Of a stretch of DNA of 64,000 bases, positions 1-13,621 are shown piece by piece (the first letter of the stretch is position 1; every line of letters begins with the position of its first letter). The notes under the pieces are model-generated. The model saw only the letters and a program-made list of their open reading frames with translations, did no database searches and was not told the DNA's origin. The position numbers were made by a program, and so were the translations under genes. The DNA is taken from assembly GCA_000708835.1 (NCBI GenBank), contig DF237126.1:97352-161351 (forward strand), written 5' to 3'. Origin of the DNA: Klebsormidium nitens (lineage: Eukaryota > Plantae > Klebsormidiophyceae).

Positions 1-2555
1 AGCTCTATCTTTCCGAACCTCATTTTTCCTGACCATCGCATGTGGTAACCCAGGGATACAACACCCTAATCGATTCTATCAACGGACCCAAACTGGCTTC
101 ATTGCCTATTGTGGACGTCTCTTTTCTTATGCCTGAGTTTTGATCCTTGTACAGCGGGAAGCGCTGGGCCCGTTCGATTTCGCCTTCCACAGTGCATTGC
201 CGTACTACATTTTGATGGGGAGTATTGTGTACGCTTTATTAGGCTAGGGTCTTCAAACAACAAATTGATGGCACTGCCTATCAATGTGAAACTTCTGTAT
301 GATTCAAAAGCCGGATGCTTTGAACTTGACAGACCCAAGATCCGGTAGGTCGAGTAGAGATTGTTTTACACATGGTGACGCTTGCTGATGTCAGGAGTGG
401 CGCCGTAGTAAAGCAGGTATATATGCAGACGTCGATCGAAGCCACTGCGCTTTATGGTCAAGTCGATGTCGAACTGATACCGGCGAGGGCAAACTAGCAT
501 GAGCACCAGATCGAGGAGGCGATGACATGTCAGACAGTATTATAGAACCGCAGGCTGGCTCGCATTCTTATCATGGAAGCTGGATTGCAACATGACTCTG
601 AAAGTATCTGCTTGTTTGTATTTCGTATCCCCTCATGTGGAGGATCAAAACGACGGTCGAAACCTACCGTAAGATTCAGCCGGTGGATCTCACAAGATGC
701 CGCAAAGATGATCCAGACCGCCGACCAGGCTGCATCAACTGATGGCCCCCTGATGACTATCGCTATATACATCCCTTGCTTACAAATTCTCGCTTATCCA
801 AGCCAGCCTATTCAATTGTAGGCCCGACATCGTAGCTCGTGGCTCACTCATCCAATGCTGCATGAGCACTCCATCATAATATTACCGATCGCGGTAAATT
901 TAGAGTGAGACGGATGCACATCAACTTCGCTACTGAGACACTAGCAAAACGGGCTAGCCGTTGCTATCATGGTGCATGTTGTCTGTATATGCACGCTTAC
1001 AATGATCGACGCGCTCAACAAACTCCTGATCGGAAACAGCCCATGCCAGATCCAATTAAGTGACAGCAACGACATTTTTAATTAGACGGAAATTGTATGC
1101 CATGCATGACCACTGCATGCAGTATGTACGTAGCTGGCATGTATGCATCATCATGTGAGCGGAGCTTTGGAATAGCGGGGCGCTGGGGCGCGCTCTCTGG
1201 CTCTCTAGTAATGGTAGGCTTTTGGATTGACTAAAATAGACCGGCCCGGGCACAGCTGCAACATTGACACCTAAGTTCAACAATGAGCCTTCAGGAAGTC
1301 CACTGAGGTAGTGCCTGTAGTGCGCCGCACCGTGCGCATGACTCAGGCTGCACTGCCACGCAGCGAGCCGCGCGGCCGACCGGCTGGCCGGCGCCGCGCG
1401 CGGGTCATGACGCGCGGGCGGAGGTTTGAGCAAAACCGCGCGCTGACCTCATCAAAGTCAAAGGCAAAGGAAAAGTCAACCGGTTGCGTGACTGAGAGCT
1501 TTTGATTGGTGGACACCAGAGCCACGTGATCAGAGACGCATGAAAGCTTTGACCGACATGGTAATGTCCCGAAACATACGCGTCGAATTGTTCTCTGCAG
1601 CGTTCCCAGTTATTGGATGGTCGACGGAGGAGGTGTTGGCAACGACGGGACTCAGATTCGTAACCGACAAGACGACAGTTAAAAGTTGCGAGCATCAACG
1701 GATGGTGCACAATTGAGCCTTGGACGCAGCACTAGGACTAGCGGTTTGGTGGCGCCCTGCATGGAAGATTCCAGCAGAGCCTGTTAGAATGTCGGCAAGT
1801 AGGTAGGGCACAGGAGAGACAGAAGAGTTGTTGACTGGGCATGGGGCGAGATCGCGAGATCTGCATCATGTCCATCTGGCACCACCAATTGAACCGTGTT
1901 GAGAGTGATCTCGGTCATCGACATGATCACAGGCAAACCCCCATTGGGGACGAAAGTCCGCAGCACTGTCTCGTCTAGCGCCGCTGCTTGTCACGCACCA
2001 GTTGCGTAGTACAAGGGGGCTACACCAAGCAGCTGCTCTGCCCAATTGTCGCGTAGAAGTCTGGCCAGGCAGATCCAAATGACTTTGACTGCCAACAAGT
2101 GATCTGCCTTAAGGTCTCTGCTTCAGGACTCAGAAGCTTTAACATAAGCAGAAGGCCAAGTGACGGTGACCAATCTTCAAAGACAAACTTTGCACGCTAG
2201 TACACCCACCACGTACTGACTTGCACTGCAATTGCCATAGCACAAATCACGCTCCTGAGAGCCACTCCGCTCGCGAGCAACAGTCTCAGTGCAATAGTCA
2301 GTAAGAAAGATTTGAGTCTTAAGCATACTGACTGATCAGCTGAGAACAGCCATCTACCTGAGCGGTAGCATCGCCGCAGTTGATCTTGGATCTCTATAGC
2401 AGACTTCTTCTAGATCTGCAGGTCTGGCTCTTCTAGTGCCTGACCAGTCAAGAGTCAAAGCCAGTCGAACAATCTGATCAGCCCGCACTAGAGGATGCAA
2501 AGGAGTGTCCTTCTGATTGATCCAGTCCAGGCAGTTCAGAAGCAGAGAGTCCAAG

Positions 2556-5500
2556 ATGATTGGCTCAAGTCTAGCTCGTGTTAAGGTTTCTTCTATCGCA
2601 TTTGCAACTCCTCAGCAGCAGGGAGCAAAAAGATCCCAATCAGCGGTGCGTCAAGCACCCTACTCTGCAGTACAGTCTGGGAAGTCAGGCGCTCAGCAAT
2701 TGACAACTGTAACTTTGAACAGTGACCCTCATTTGCGGAGCTTCAGGCACCAGATTATCCCAGCGGTGCAGAAGGTGCAATTCGTTGTCAGTGTTGAAAG
2801 AAGGAAGCCGGCCTTGGTTCAGTCGATTCAAACGGCCAGTCCTAGCCTGGCACCTCCTTCACCAAGAGGCTTCAGAAAGAGGGCGGTGGAGTATCCAGTT
2901 AGCACTGAGGAGTCTCCAGTGAGGAGGAGAGCTGCTGAGAGATCAAGGCCGGTTCACACACGGGGTACCGCACAGGTAGACGCTGATCCAAAGTTCATGC
3001 CTTCACGTTTCCAGATCATACTGCATCGAGAGACATGCTTTTTATGCGTTGTGATCTCGTAGAAACTAGCATCTTAGACTTGGTCTCGTGTCTGAGAAGT
3101 CTTTCCGTTTTCCTTGTAGAGCAGATTTTGAGTGCTTTGAGAAAGTTCTGAGTGCTTGAGCCTTAGTAATCTTTAAGTTCCTGGGCAATTGCTGCATAGA
3201 GCAAGTAGATTGAATGCTCACACGAGCGTGAGGAACATTGCATCATATCTTGAGTACCACTCTCCTTGAATTCTGATCTTTCTTGTTGAACACGAGGAGC
3301 TTCCTCCTTGCATGAAGCACTATGTTTGGTGTTGAGGAGAGATCTACAACCTTGCTCGTTGTGCAGGTGGCATTTCCACCTCTTTCGAGCGAAGAAGATG
3401 TTTGGAGGCAACTGGAAGCGTCGTCAACCAGCCTCGGGTCTTCATCAACCGATCTGAAGTCTGTGGAGGCAGTCATTTTGTCAACTTTCCAGGAATCAAT
3501 CGCAGCTCTTCGATCCCCAGCCACAACGAGCACCCTCCTCCTTCACCTTCTCGCAGCACTCTACGGATCGAACACTGTCGTCGCCAAGCTCATAGACTCC
3601 TCAGCCGCAGACTTGCCCCCCAGTCTGACAACCTTGGCTAGATACGTCATCACGACGCTGCCCTTTGTACCTGCTCTCTGGGGAGCTCTCCGCTCAAAGG
3701 AAGATGGTCTCTTCTTGGGGGGGTGTGAGCTGGGCCTGCAGGCCTTCCTTGGCATCCTGTGTGGATCAGCAGCTGCAAAGTCAGCGACAGCCAGCAACGC
3801 GTCGATGCTGTTCACGTTCACGGTATGTGGCACATGCAATCGTTCAGCTTGATTGAGTCCTTGTAATCTACCTCTTATCTTATACTTGTATCAGCCTCTG
3901 CTGTAGCCTCTTGCCTGACTGGTCCTGCCGGATCTTGCTTTTCATGATGGGTTGCTTGGCTCGCTTTTAGGATTATCCCCCTCCTCTTCAATCAGACAGC
4001 AACGCTGCTCACCCCTGGTACGTCAGGAAGTGTAAAGATTGTCTGCTTTGGATCTGAGCCCGAACAAACGTCTCAATCTGAGGAGATTTCTGCCGTACTT
4101 TTGCACCGGTAGCCTTGCAATGAGTTCCTCTTCGGGAGGGAGTGCTGTCAATGATGTTGGTCACTCCGCAAAAAGAGATGATTTGTTTTTCCCAACCCTG
4201 TACCGCACAGCCTTTCGGTGCCCTAGTTTAGGCCCTTCTCGTCCTGTCTCTTGCAAACAGGACATGAAAACCGGCGTTCTCCGTGCAGACATATTTGCCT
4301 CGCAGAGGACCCATCTCACCTGCCGACCTTTGTTTGTTACGTATGCAGATCATCGTCATGCCAATGATGGAGATCTTTGCGGGCAGATCGGTGAGCAAGC
4401 TGACCTGGGGCGCAACTCTGGCGGCCATATCGGCTATGGGGCTGCTCGAGTGGGAGGGGGCCCACGTCCATGACGCTCTGGCCCCTCACGCAGGCGACAT
4501 GTGGCCGCTTATCGGGTGCGCTTTGTCAGCCGCACAAATCTTCCGTTCTGAGAGTCTCTCGGCGAAGTTCGACCCACTGCACTTGACTGCGGTCCAGGTG
4601 AGCGCACAGAAAAGATGCTTGTCGACTCAAAGAGCACGCTGTTTACGTTTTCAAGGGAATCTCTAAAAAGAGCGTCACAATCGAATTCTGCTCTGCTCTA
4701 ATCAAGCAAGCTTTACGTCTTCTTGCACTTCCTTTCTGATGTTGTAGATTCTGTTTCGCTTCTTCCTTTTCCTCCCCCGTTCCGAGCTTTGCAGGAATGC
4801 TGTACGTCCGTTCTACCTGACTGAAAACTTCGTGCCAGCCGTTGCCTTCTTTTCGCTTTCAAAGGTCATGACTTGCTGACCCCAATTTGCGTTCGCTCTC
4901 AGCTGGGCGTTCTGACCCTCCTCTCCGCCGGTTGGGAGGCCTTCACCCTGATCAGCGGCGGTACGCACCTCGACGCCCTACAAGGTCAGCTGGAGGACCT
5001 TCCTTGGGGGCTGCTCTTGTACAGCGGCCTCGTCTGTGCTGGTGAGCCACGTGAAAGATTCTTCGCATACTCTGAGCTTGCCTCGAGGAGAAAATGTACT
5101 TTCTGTTCTTATGATTCTGTTTCAAATACGTACTTTGTAGGCTTCTGATCGTTTCGGCGTGCTCTGACACCATGGCTGCTCGCTCGGCGGACCCCTCTGC
5201 AACGAAGAAGCGAAATTTCCACAAGTTTCTTGACTGTACACAACGCTCGATGCTGGTCTGCTCCTGCGCGCCAAGTCTAAGTACGTGGGAAAATAGCTCG
5301 TTCTACAGCTTGAGCGTGGTCAAAAGACTTGTATAATGGCTCATCCGTTACTGTTCCTGACGCTCCTTTCCGCCCGTTCCGTCCTTGTCCAGGCCTCTGC
5401 CAGTGGGCGGAGCTCAAGGGCCTGCGCCACGTGCACGCCTCCACCGCGACGCTCATCTACACCACCATCCCCGTCTGGGGCGCTTTTCTCTCCTTCCTCG

Positions 5501-6270
5501 TTCGCGGCGAGCCGCCGGGCAACGCCACCACCCTGGGGGCCGCCCTCCTGGTCAGCCTCGCCGTCGGCGGCCAGGCGTTCCGCGGAGCCGCGGCCGCGTT
5601 CGGCGCCGTCCGGGGTTTGGAGGGTTTGGAGGCGGCCGAGACAGGCATGGCCTTTTTGCCCAAGCTGGAGCTGGCCGCCCCGAAGGCGAACTCGGAGGCG
5701 CTCCCCGCCGCGCTTCTCTCGACGCAGCTCAAGCTGCCGTTCTACGCGGCGGAGGCGCAGCGCGTCATGGCTGAGACGAAGCTCCGCCTCGCGGCGGCCA
5801 AGTCGTCGCTCGAGTCGTGGAGCGGTAGCCTGATCGGAGGGCTTACGGGGCCTAACTCGGAGGAGCTCAACGGCAGTCAAAACAACCCCTCCACGGCGGT
5901 GTCAACCTTGAACCCCGTTCCAGATGCTGCTGCGCTCGCGCACCGCACCGCCGAAGCTTCTCACGCCTATCCGATCCACCCCGGCGTCGAAGCGCCCTCC
6001 TCGCACCTAGTCGGGACCGCTGATGCGGCCATCCACGCAGGAGGAACGCTGGCCAAGTCTTTCGTGGACAAGGCAGAAGCGCTGGGAGCGGTTCTTACTT
6101 CGGGAAGTGTACAGATTACGGACTTCGCAAACGAGGGCCTTCGGACGGCAGCGTCCGCAGAGCAAAACCTGGCTCAGTCGTGGATCACAGCAGTGGAGCC
6201 GCCACTCAGCTGGATCGGACACGTGGCCGCGCTGGATGTGGCCACGTGGTGCCATCTCCTGCGCCACTGA
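2556..6270 (+). CDS. EamA/drug-metabolite transporter (DMT) family membrane protein, probably plastid-targeted; 5 exons
   Basis: In-phase exons at about 2556-2975, 3367-3822, 4348-4597, 4902-5041 and 5393-6270 with GT-AG borders. Two EamA-like halves (LLAALYGSNTVVAK...LTTLARY...GCELGLQAFLG; LLYSGLVCAGLCQWAELKGLRHVHASTATLIYTTIPVWGAFLSFLVRGE). Ser/Arg-rich N-terminus resembles a transit peptide. Confidence 0.85.
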
Positions 6271-7543
6271 ACTCCCCTCCTTCGGAGCCCCTGATTGTGA
6301 GAAGCTTGCCCTATAAAATAAGAGGACGAGATCAGCCGCATAAACAAAAACTTTCGTTGAGTCCAGGATCAATAGATTTGCGAGGTCAAAAAGGCACGCG
6401 CTTGACATAGGAGCAGCCAAAGCTGTGTGTGGTGGGTCAAAACGTAGTCTGCGTTTGATGTGTGGGGCGATGAGGCAGACACATTGTCTGGAAAGCTGTA
6501 AATAATATTTAAGCCGCTGTAATAGTCAGACACATTGTCTGCGTAGGACGTGGATGTAACTTGAGCAGTAGGGCAGCCACATAGCTGGTTCGAATGATTG
6601 ATCGCTTGTTGATAGGCCCTTCGGCGGTGAGGGGAGAGTCTTCGAGGCCTGCATAAGTTGAGCTTAAAGCTAAATTTGACATTGCAAAGACGATGAGATT
6701 TCTTAGATGTAGCAGTTTTCTACTTCACGCGCCCAATCCACGTGTGGCGCAGGGATAAGGCAAAGTCGATTCGATTGAGGGTGATCTGAAAAAGTTCGAA
6801 AGCTAGCTACAGATCTGTGAAACACTATTCTAACCGTCACCCCTCATGCTCCAACTTATTCCTGAGATGTCCTGGTATGGAGCTTGACCTGACCTTACCA
6901 CATGGCAGAAGTGACTCAATCATACATGCTGCATGTCAAGGCGCCTTCGATCAACCTACACCTTGTATACAGGCGGCATCATACGGACACGCCTGTCATC
7001 AGTGCACGAATGATGAAAGGGTGTTCAAATGTGGTCTTATAATGCAATGCGTACGCGCGCACTGCTCAACTTGGCATGGATATGTAACCACTTCGCTATA
7101 CAATGATGGTCTCAGTTTCTTCAAACACGCCATAATCATTCAAATAAGTGGATTTGATTGTACGTTTATGTATGAAAAGAGAGAGCTGTATGCCACAGCA
7201 ACAATTACACGGCTAGATCTACTGCAGATGATCTAGATATTCTGTCAAATTGCCATTGAGATCAACGATCGCGCCTATAACAACGAATCATTGGGCATGC
7301 ATTAATTCAGCGGAAACTCGGAACCCATCAACGATTCTGGTCATTCTGCGGAAGAGTCCTGCTGGTAAGTACTACATATCAAGTCTCAAATACATAACCA
7401 GTTATCATGCTATCGAAGGTTGCATCTTATAACCTGCGTTCAATGTTCAAACCCTGGTTGCTGACAGTCAATGACATAGAACATTTTTGAGCTGAGTCAG
7501 CTCTGGAGCATCTCCATGGCATACTATTCCGCTTTGATCAATT

Positions 7544-8599
7544 CTATCCCACCATTGGCGGCCTTACAACTTTGGCTTCCTTGTTTACATAGATGCGCAC
7601 ACGCAGAGGATTGTAATCCATGGTGACAATGGCATCCTCAGGCACAATGAAGATAGACAGCTTGTTAGGAGACTCTGTTTCAATAACGCTTTTAGCCTGC
7701 AACCCAGTGGCTCCCATAAGCTCCGGCCAGGAGGTCTTTGACATTGGTTCCCCCTGTTGAATGGCACCTGAAGAGAGATTGCAAAAGAACGAGACTACTT
7801 TCAGACCACGTCAGGGCAACTTCAAATGAGACATCATCGACGCCGTTGTAGCGTCCTTCTTTGCTGAATTCGACTTGCAAGCCTACAACACTTTGTATGT
7901 TCATGGGTCCCTGATAGGACCTACGAGCATCGAAGAATAAAACACCGAAAGCAACAGATATCCTGCTGATTGTGAGCTTGATAAACAGCTCAGGGGCTGG
8001 CTCACTAAAATTTTGGGCGCAGTATGAACAGTTCGTAGACTGAGTGAGCGGGGGCAGCTCGCATTCTGCCAATCCCAAGCCAAACAAGCCCCGATGTAGG
8101 CACGCTTCCCTAAGAAGCGTGACGATGCTGCTGGTTTCAAGGGTGTTGACAAGCAAAAACGCTCTCTAGTGCAGGTGTTGAGTTCGAATCACGCTCACCT
8201 TCTGTTTGGCCCTGATTCACCACGCTCTGGAGCTGCAGGATCAAAGGCAGAGTCTTTTCTCACTAAGTTGATTCTGGCAAATCCAGAGGAAATTACAGCC
8301 TTCTAGGGCAATAACAAGCATTATGAGCAGTCGCCTTTAAGCTTTGATGAGAGAGTGCGTGAAACGGGGGTTCTGAAAGGTATTGAGGCAGTAGATTATA
8401 CTGGCACAGGCACAACTGAGGCGTCAAACAACATTGCAATCAGCTCTAGAGCTTGCCGGTCAAGCTGGTTTGCTTTCACCACTGCACTTACCTTGGAATC
8501 GAACGAGTTGATAGTCGGTTTGCTCAGGGCTCCTGCACTCAAGTACAGCACAACCAGGAGAAGAAGAGGGATAGCTGCCCGTCTACAGCACGAGGACAT
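7544..8599 (-). CDS. Potato type I (I13) serine protease inhibitor with signal peptide and pro-region; 3 exons
   Basis: Mature domain KTSWPELMG...IVPEDAIVTMDYNPLRVRIYVN...VVRPPMVG* matches the family signature. Exon 1 8599-8492 (108 nt; MSSCCRRAAIPLLLLVVLYLSAGALSKP, signal-like), exon 2 8232-8199 (34 nt) and the acceptor near 7767 splice in phase 0 then 1 into the inhibitor frame. Confidence 0.9.
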
Positions 8600-9820
8600 T
8601 GCGCCTGCACTTACTTTCAGGGCTGTCCTGCAATATGTAGCAACCTGGGTCCAAGGTCAAGATGGAGGAAACGTATTCCTGTCAAGATGCAGTCCCACAA
8701 GCGCAGACCGGCATGCACAATAATAGCGCTCAAGGTTCAGGCTTCCTAGCTCTGGCTGTACGTCTCTTGATCGATTGAGCTTGGAACCCTAATTTCTCCC
8801 CGTCGATCTGTTGTTCTACTTCCGACTATCTTGAGCCGTCAGATATGAATGAAATTGCGGCCTTCAAATCTATCGACGGCTTAGCAGTGAGCACTGAAGC
8901 TTTAACGGGCTCACAAACATCGACAGGCTCACGCTCTATCGTTCAGAGCTTTCTAGCCTCTAGAAGGAATGGACGGACGGAGCCATCCATCAACTTTGGA
9001 TGAAGCAGATACCGTATACCGATAATTAGATATTGAGAAGCAGGCCGCCAACTTCAAAGCTCGACGAGATTGAACAGTAGGGGAACAGTATAGCTTGACT
9101 CGACGCAAATTAAGATCCGACAGCGCATCAAATTCCGAAAAGAGGCCGGTCTTGGTTCTCACCACATCACGATTGAAGATCGACAAATGGTGTTGCGTCG
9201 ATGGTTAATACTTTTTTTTGCAGGAGACACAACAATCCGATCTTGTGCTGTGGCATGCGTATAGATCTTCCATGATTCCCATGATTTGCCTGATTCTTCG
9301 AATCCACACTGATCGGACATGTTCGAGTCCACATATGCTCATCTTGACCTCTTCTTAACGTCTTGTGTGTACGTGCCGCACTGATCCGATCATGGCTTGC
9401 TTAAGAGAAGCGACCATTGTCGAGTCTCATTCGATTCTCTTAGAGGATCAGAGCAGATTGGAGCATGCTTGGTCGCACATGAGCTTGCAGCACATGATTG
9501 ATTGAATGTGTTGATTGCTTCTGACTTTAAACTTAGCACATGCCGCTGCACCCTTTGAGCTTGCCCCTGCAAACGTTATTTCATAACCCAGATATGGTGT
9601 CATGGGGCATTCGTACCTTGCCATACGTCGTACGGCAATATGTGAAGTTGATCTGGAAACGAGAAAGAGGAGTGACTGCTTATGCTATCGTTGCTTCAGT
9701 GTCACAAATCATCTTCGAATCGTCTGATAACATCAAGACCTCATCAGGTACTAATCAGGGCTGAGTTTGCCTGCCCAACAAGGTTTTCTCGGGAAACAGC
9801 CCTCTTTTGGGCGGTCTTCC

Positions 9821-12800
9821 TCAAACATACCGGTAGTCTCCCATCACAAAGTCCTTGGGCCCCAGACTCGGCTTCACGAGGTGCCGATAATACCGCCCGT
9901 TCATGAGCCTGAGCCCCGCATATGCAACTTTGTCCTGCAACGACAGTTTCACCAATTCGTCTCGTAACCAGGCCTCCATGAGCCCCTGGAAGGCCTTGGT
10001 GACCGGACGGATGTAAGGGGGATCCCTCTGCTGGTAGAGGACGCCCGCTGACATCAGAGCGCGCGCTACTTCGTCCTCGAGGAACTCGCTCGCGGCCAAA
10101 TTGACGTAGTTCACCTGGAGATGGGTGATATAGCTTCCTTAGTCGCTATTATGCGGATTCGTTTTTGCTGACCGGATCAGACGCCGTGTTCAGTTTAAGC
10201 AGAGCAACAAAAACAGGCCATCCAAACCGGCTCGGTAAACCGTCCTTCCGACCTTTCTAAAGAGAGACCGACCGGAGCAGACAGCGTATCGAAGCAGACC
10301 GCGGTGACAGGGCCCCCGTTAGTCTGAAAGAGCTCGAAAAAGTGGTGAAGCGACAGCGGCTGATTTCTGGATCTCGCCTCATGCTAGGAAGGTCGTCCAC
10401 TGTCTGGCTGCAATCTCCCCTGAAGAAATCTCCAACGAAAACTCGCACGAGCAATCAAGACCTACCTTGAACGAGAATATCTCCATGATTAAAAGACTTG
10501 AACCTGCCAAGAGACCATCTGGTTCGCCACCACATTCGAAGTGAAGCAGGCGTAGGCTTCATCGCTTGAATGCTTTTGAAGGGTACTCACGATTTGGAGC
10601 TGAATCTCTGGGATCCACTTTACAACTCTAAAATAATTATTGAAATCTTGAGACCCACTTCTTTATGTTGAGATTTAAGCTTTCTGGAACGGGCCCCTCG
10701 GCCCAAAGGAACAGACGCGTCAAGAAGCGAGGTAGAAAAAGAAGAGATTCAACGAAAAAGCCGGGTGGAGCGAAAGACGATCAAGCAAAAGGTAACTCTC
10801 GTAAGAAAGAAGAACGAAGAGTATCAAAAGGAAAACATGGCTCACCCCATAACGCGCTCGCTGCAGCGCCCGGAGGAAGTCGAGAACTTGGAGCGTCGCC
10901 CAGCGGACCCATCGCACGTCGTCCCATCGCCGAATAAGCCCCCGGGCCCAGCTGCGCCGCGCCGTCCACGCCTCCCGCCCCTTTTCCGCAACTCTGCGCA
11001 CCACGTCCCGCATCGCCGGTCTGAAACTCTCCCGCTCTAGTTCGTCCAGGTACTCGACCACGGTCCTGTCAAAATGCGACCCCTCATCGGATGAGTCCCT
11101 CACCGCTGACGTCAGCCCCGCCGCACGCTCGGCCCACAGCGAATGGAACTCCGCCAAGTGGCGCGCGTTCAGGCCCACCGCGTCGTTCAACCGGGCCCAC
11201 TGCGCGGGGGAAACCAACCGGGGCACCAAGTGCACCGAGGCCTCTACTGCCGTCCAGCCAAAGTACTCGGAGGGCTTCACCCGGGCTTCGAGGAACTTCT
11301 GCTCGGTGTCGAAGTCATTCGAATAGTGCCCGTCGGAAGTGGTCAGTATAACGGGCAGCGTTTTGGCGCGCTCCGTCAACTGCAAGATTAACTGGTCGTG
11401 GAATTGCGCGCCGGACACCACGTGGCGTAACCGTTTCCGGCGGCTGTGCCCGAGCCCCGGCGCCTGCCGCAGCAACTCGATCCCGTGAATAACTAGTTTG
11501 GGCTCAAATGTCCCCGCCTCCGCAGCCGCTGACAGCAGATCTATCATTAACACGCTCCATGCGGTTGCCGCGTCCGCCGCCCCCCGCCCCGGCCCCTGGC
11601 TCCGCCACTCCTCTTGCACCTCTAGTACTTGACGCGCCAAATGAAGCGCATTCAGCGCCAGCCCGATTTGGTTCGGCTCGTGGTACTGTTTCTTTGCCAC
11701 GGCGGGGACGTTAACCAGAGCTTCTAACCATAACCGCCCTGTGTTTGGGTCCGGTTCCCTCCGGAACTGCAACTTTTTGACCACCAACTCCGGTCCGCTG
11801 TCTGATGCGTCCTTTTTGTCCGGGTCCGTCACTTCGAAGATCTCATAAGTGCTCGCTAACTCAGCATAAGCTGGCCCCGCAACGCTCTTGAGCCGCCGGA
11901 AGCTCATAGAGCTGTCGGGGGAGCGGACGCTGCCGTCTGAAAGGTGGCGTTCGAGGGCGGCGTCCACGTGGCGCCTCCACGTGAGCGCCCAGAAGATGTC
12001 TTCCATCTTGATCTTGTTCCGCCGGATTCCTTCCTTCACAACGGAAAGAAGCCCGAGCTCAAGATTGGTGCGGAGAGCTCTCTGATATCGGGGCTGAAAA
12101 ACGGCAGGACCCGGGAAGCTTTCGGAGTCCGGGGACATCGACGCTCCGTCGACGGCGTGCTCTTTGCTACGGGGTTCCTCTGTCTGCGAAGAACTGCTTG
12201 ACAGGTGCGCCAGTCCTGCTCTTGAGGCACTGCTCTCGTTGGAGGGGCTCGACGCGGCTTCCGGGTAAAGTCGGTTGAGCCAGGGGGGAGAAGGGCTAGC
12301 GTCCGAGCGGGGGGTAAGGAGTGCAGCGTAGAGGTCAACATGCGCAACTGCATGTGGAGGACTGGCCCAGTCCTTCAACACCGCTGCAAGGAACGAATAC
12401 TCTGCTTTGAGAAGGCAGTTTCGGGTCACGAAAGCTTTTGAGGGACTGGTTGTTGCTAGAATTCTACGATGAGCGAAACGAAGGTCGTAACTTGGGGAAA
12501 ACCCGCAATGTTCACCGATGCTTTTCAGGAGTCAGAAGTACAGCCATGGGAAAAGGCCCTGAAATACCTTGACCTTATCGGGTGCAGACAATGAAAAGGG
12601 ACAGGGGCGCATGCCGCAGAACGGAAGTATCACAGAATAAGGGCAATTCATTTTCTGATTTGAATTACCTGAGTGTGACCAGGAGGCAACAACAAATATG
12701 GTCTCCCTGAACACCACCGATGAGATGCAGACATGACAAACCTTTCTAACATCTTTGGTCAGGCTGAACTGACATATGAATCCCAGAAAAGCCACCTTGA

Positions 12801-13621
12801 AGGAACCACCCTGACCGAAGGACTGCCGCGCTGAACAGCAGTGAAACTGTGCGGCGACCTTTGGCTGCCCAACAGCCAAAGAACCCAAAAGCCTCAAGAG
12901 GCGGCCCAACAACTTGCAGTTCTCATGAGCTGGATTCCGAGAGTCAAGCTCTCTCACTCCTATGAAACAAAAAAGTGGTGGCAGTTGAACTCGTGTCCCC
13001 CACCTTTGACGGCCGTCCGTTTCCCCACACCGCGTGGTCCGTGTAGGACAAATATGTCGTCCGCAAGCGTGCTGGCGCCGTAGCTCTTGACAGCCGACTC
13101 AACTGCAAAGCGCCTGATGATGGGCCAATCTTTTGGGGAGGTGGACTTTCCTGCATCTGCTGGGGGAGCAGCCGCGCTTTCTGGGGGTGATGCTGAGGGT
13201 GGTGCAGAAGGGGGGGGCGCCGACGAGCAAAAGGAGTGGCCGGAGACGGGGGGCCATTGGTCCAGGCCAATGCTGAGCGCCACCTGTCAGATGTGGAGCA
13301 GGCGTGCTGATTGCTTCTTGATTGAGAACCAGTTGTCCGCCATGGTTGCAGGGGAGCCGCCAAAGACAACAACCGGTTTTTGCTGCTTAAGGTGCATGCA
13401 TGATGAACATTGCTGACGCTACTTAGATCTGTGTGGGAAAAGGCATTGAAGCCTGCATCTTCAACTGAGATCAGCATGAGGGCAGGATTGCTCACCGCTC
13501 GCAACCGCGCGATGCCGCAACCGCTTCGAAGCGCCCCGCTGCTCGAAAGTGCAACCGCCCACTGCTGTTGCACGGCGGCGCTGTGGTGCCATGAGGCGGA
13601 TTGCTGCACCTGTCTCAACAT
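9821..13621 (-). CDS. EMB1381: EMB1381-like P-loop protein (similar to Arabidopsis EMBRYO DEFECTIVE 1381), organelle-targeted; multi-exon
   Basis: WPIIRR...FVLHGPRGVGK Walker A, LPVILTTSDGHYS, YFGWTAVEASVHLVP, LEDEVARALMSAGVLYQQRDPPYIRP, all matching my recollection of the plant family. Large exon about 12429-10850 and last exon 10117-9821 join in phase. The start codon and the small exons at 12500-12950 are uncertain. Confidence 0.75.

Noticed and set aside
1-2400. Scattered short ORFs at the window start
   Set aside because: No recognisable motifs or consistent exon chain. I cannot exclude a degraded element.
8150-8200. GTTCGAATC as a tRNA T-loop (similar hits near 6585 and 16747)
   Set aside because: No cloverleaf or acceptor stem. 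No tRNA or rRNA gene was recognised in the window.
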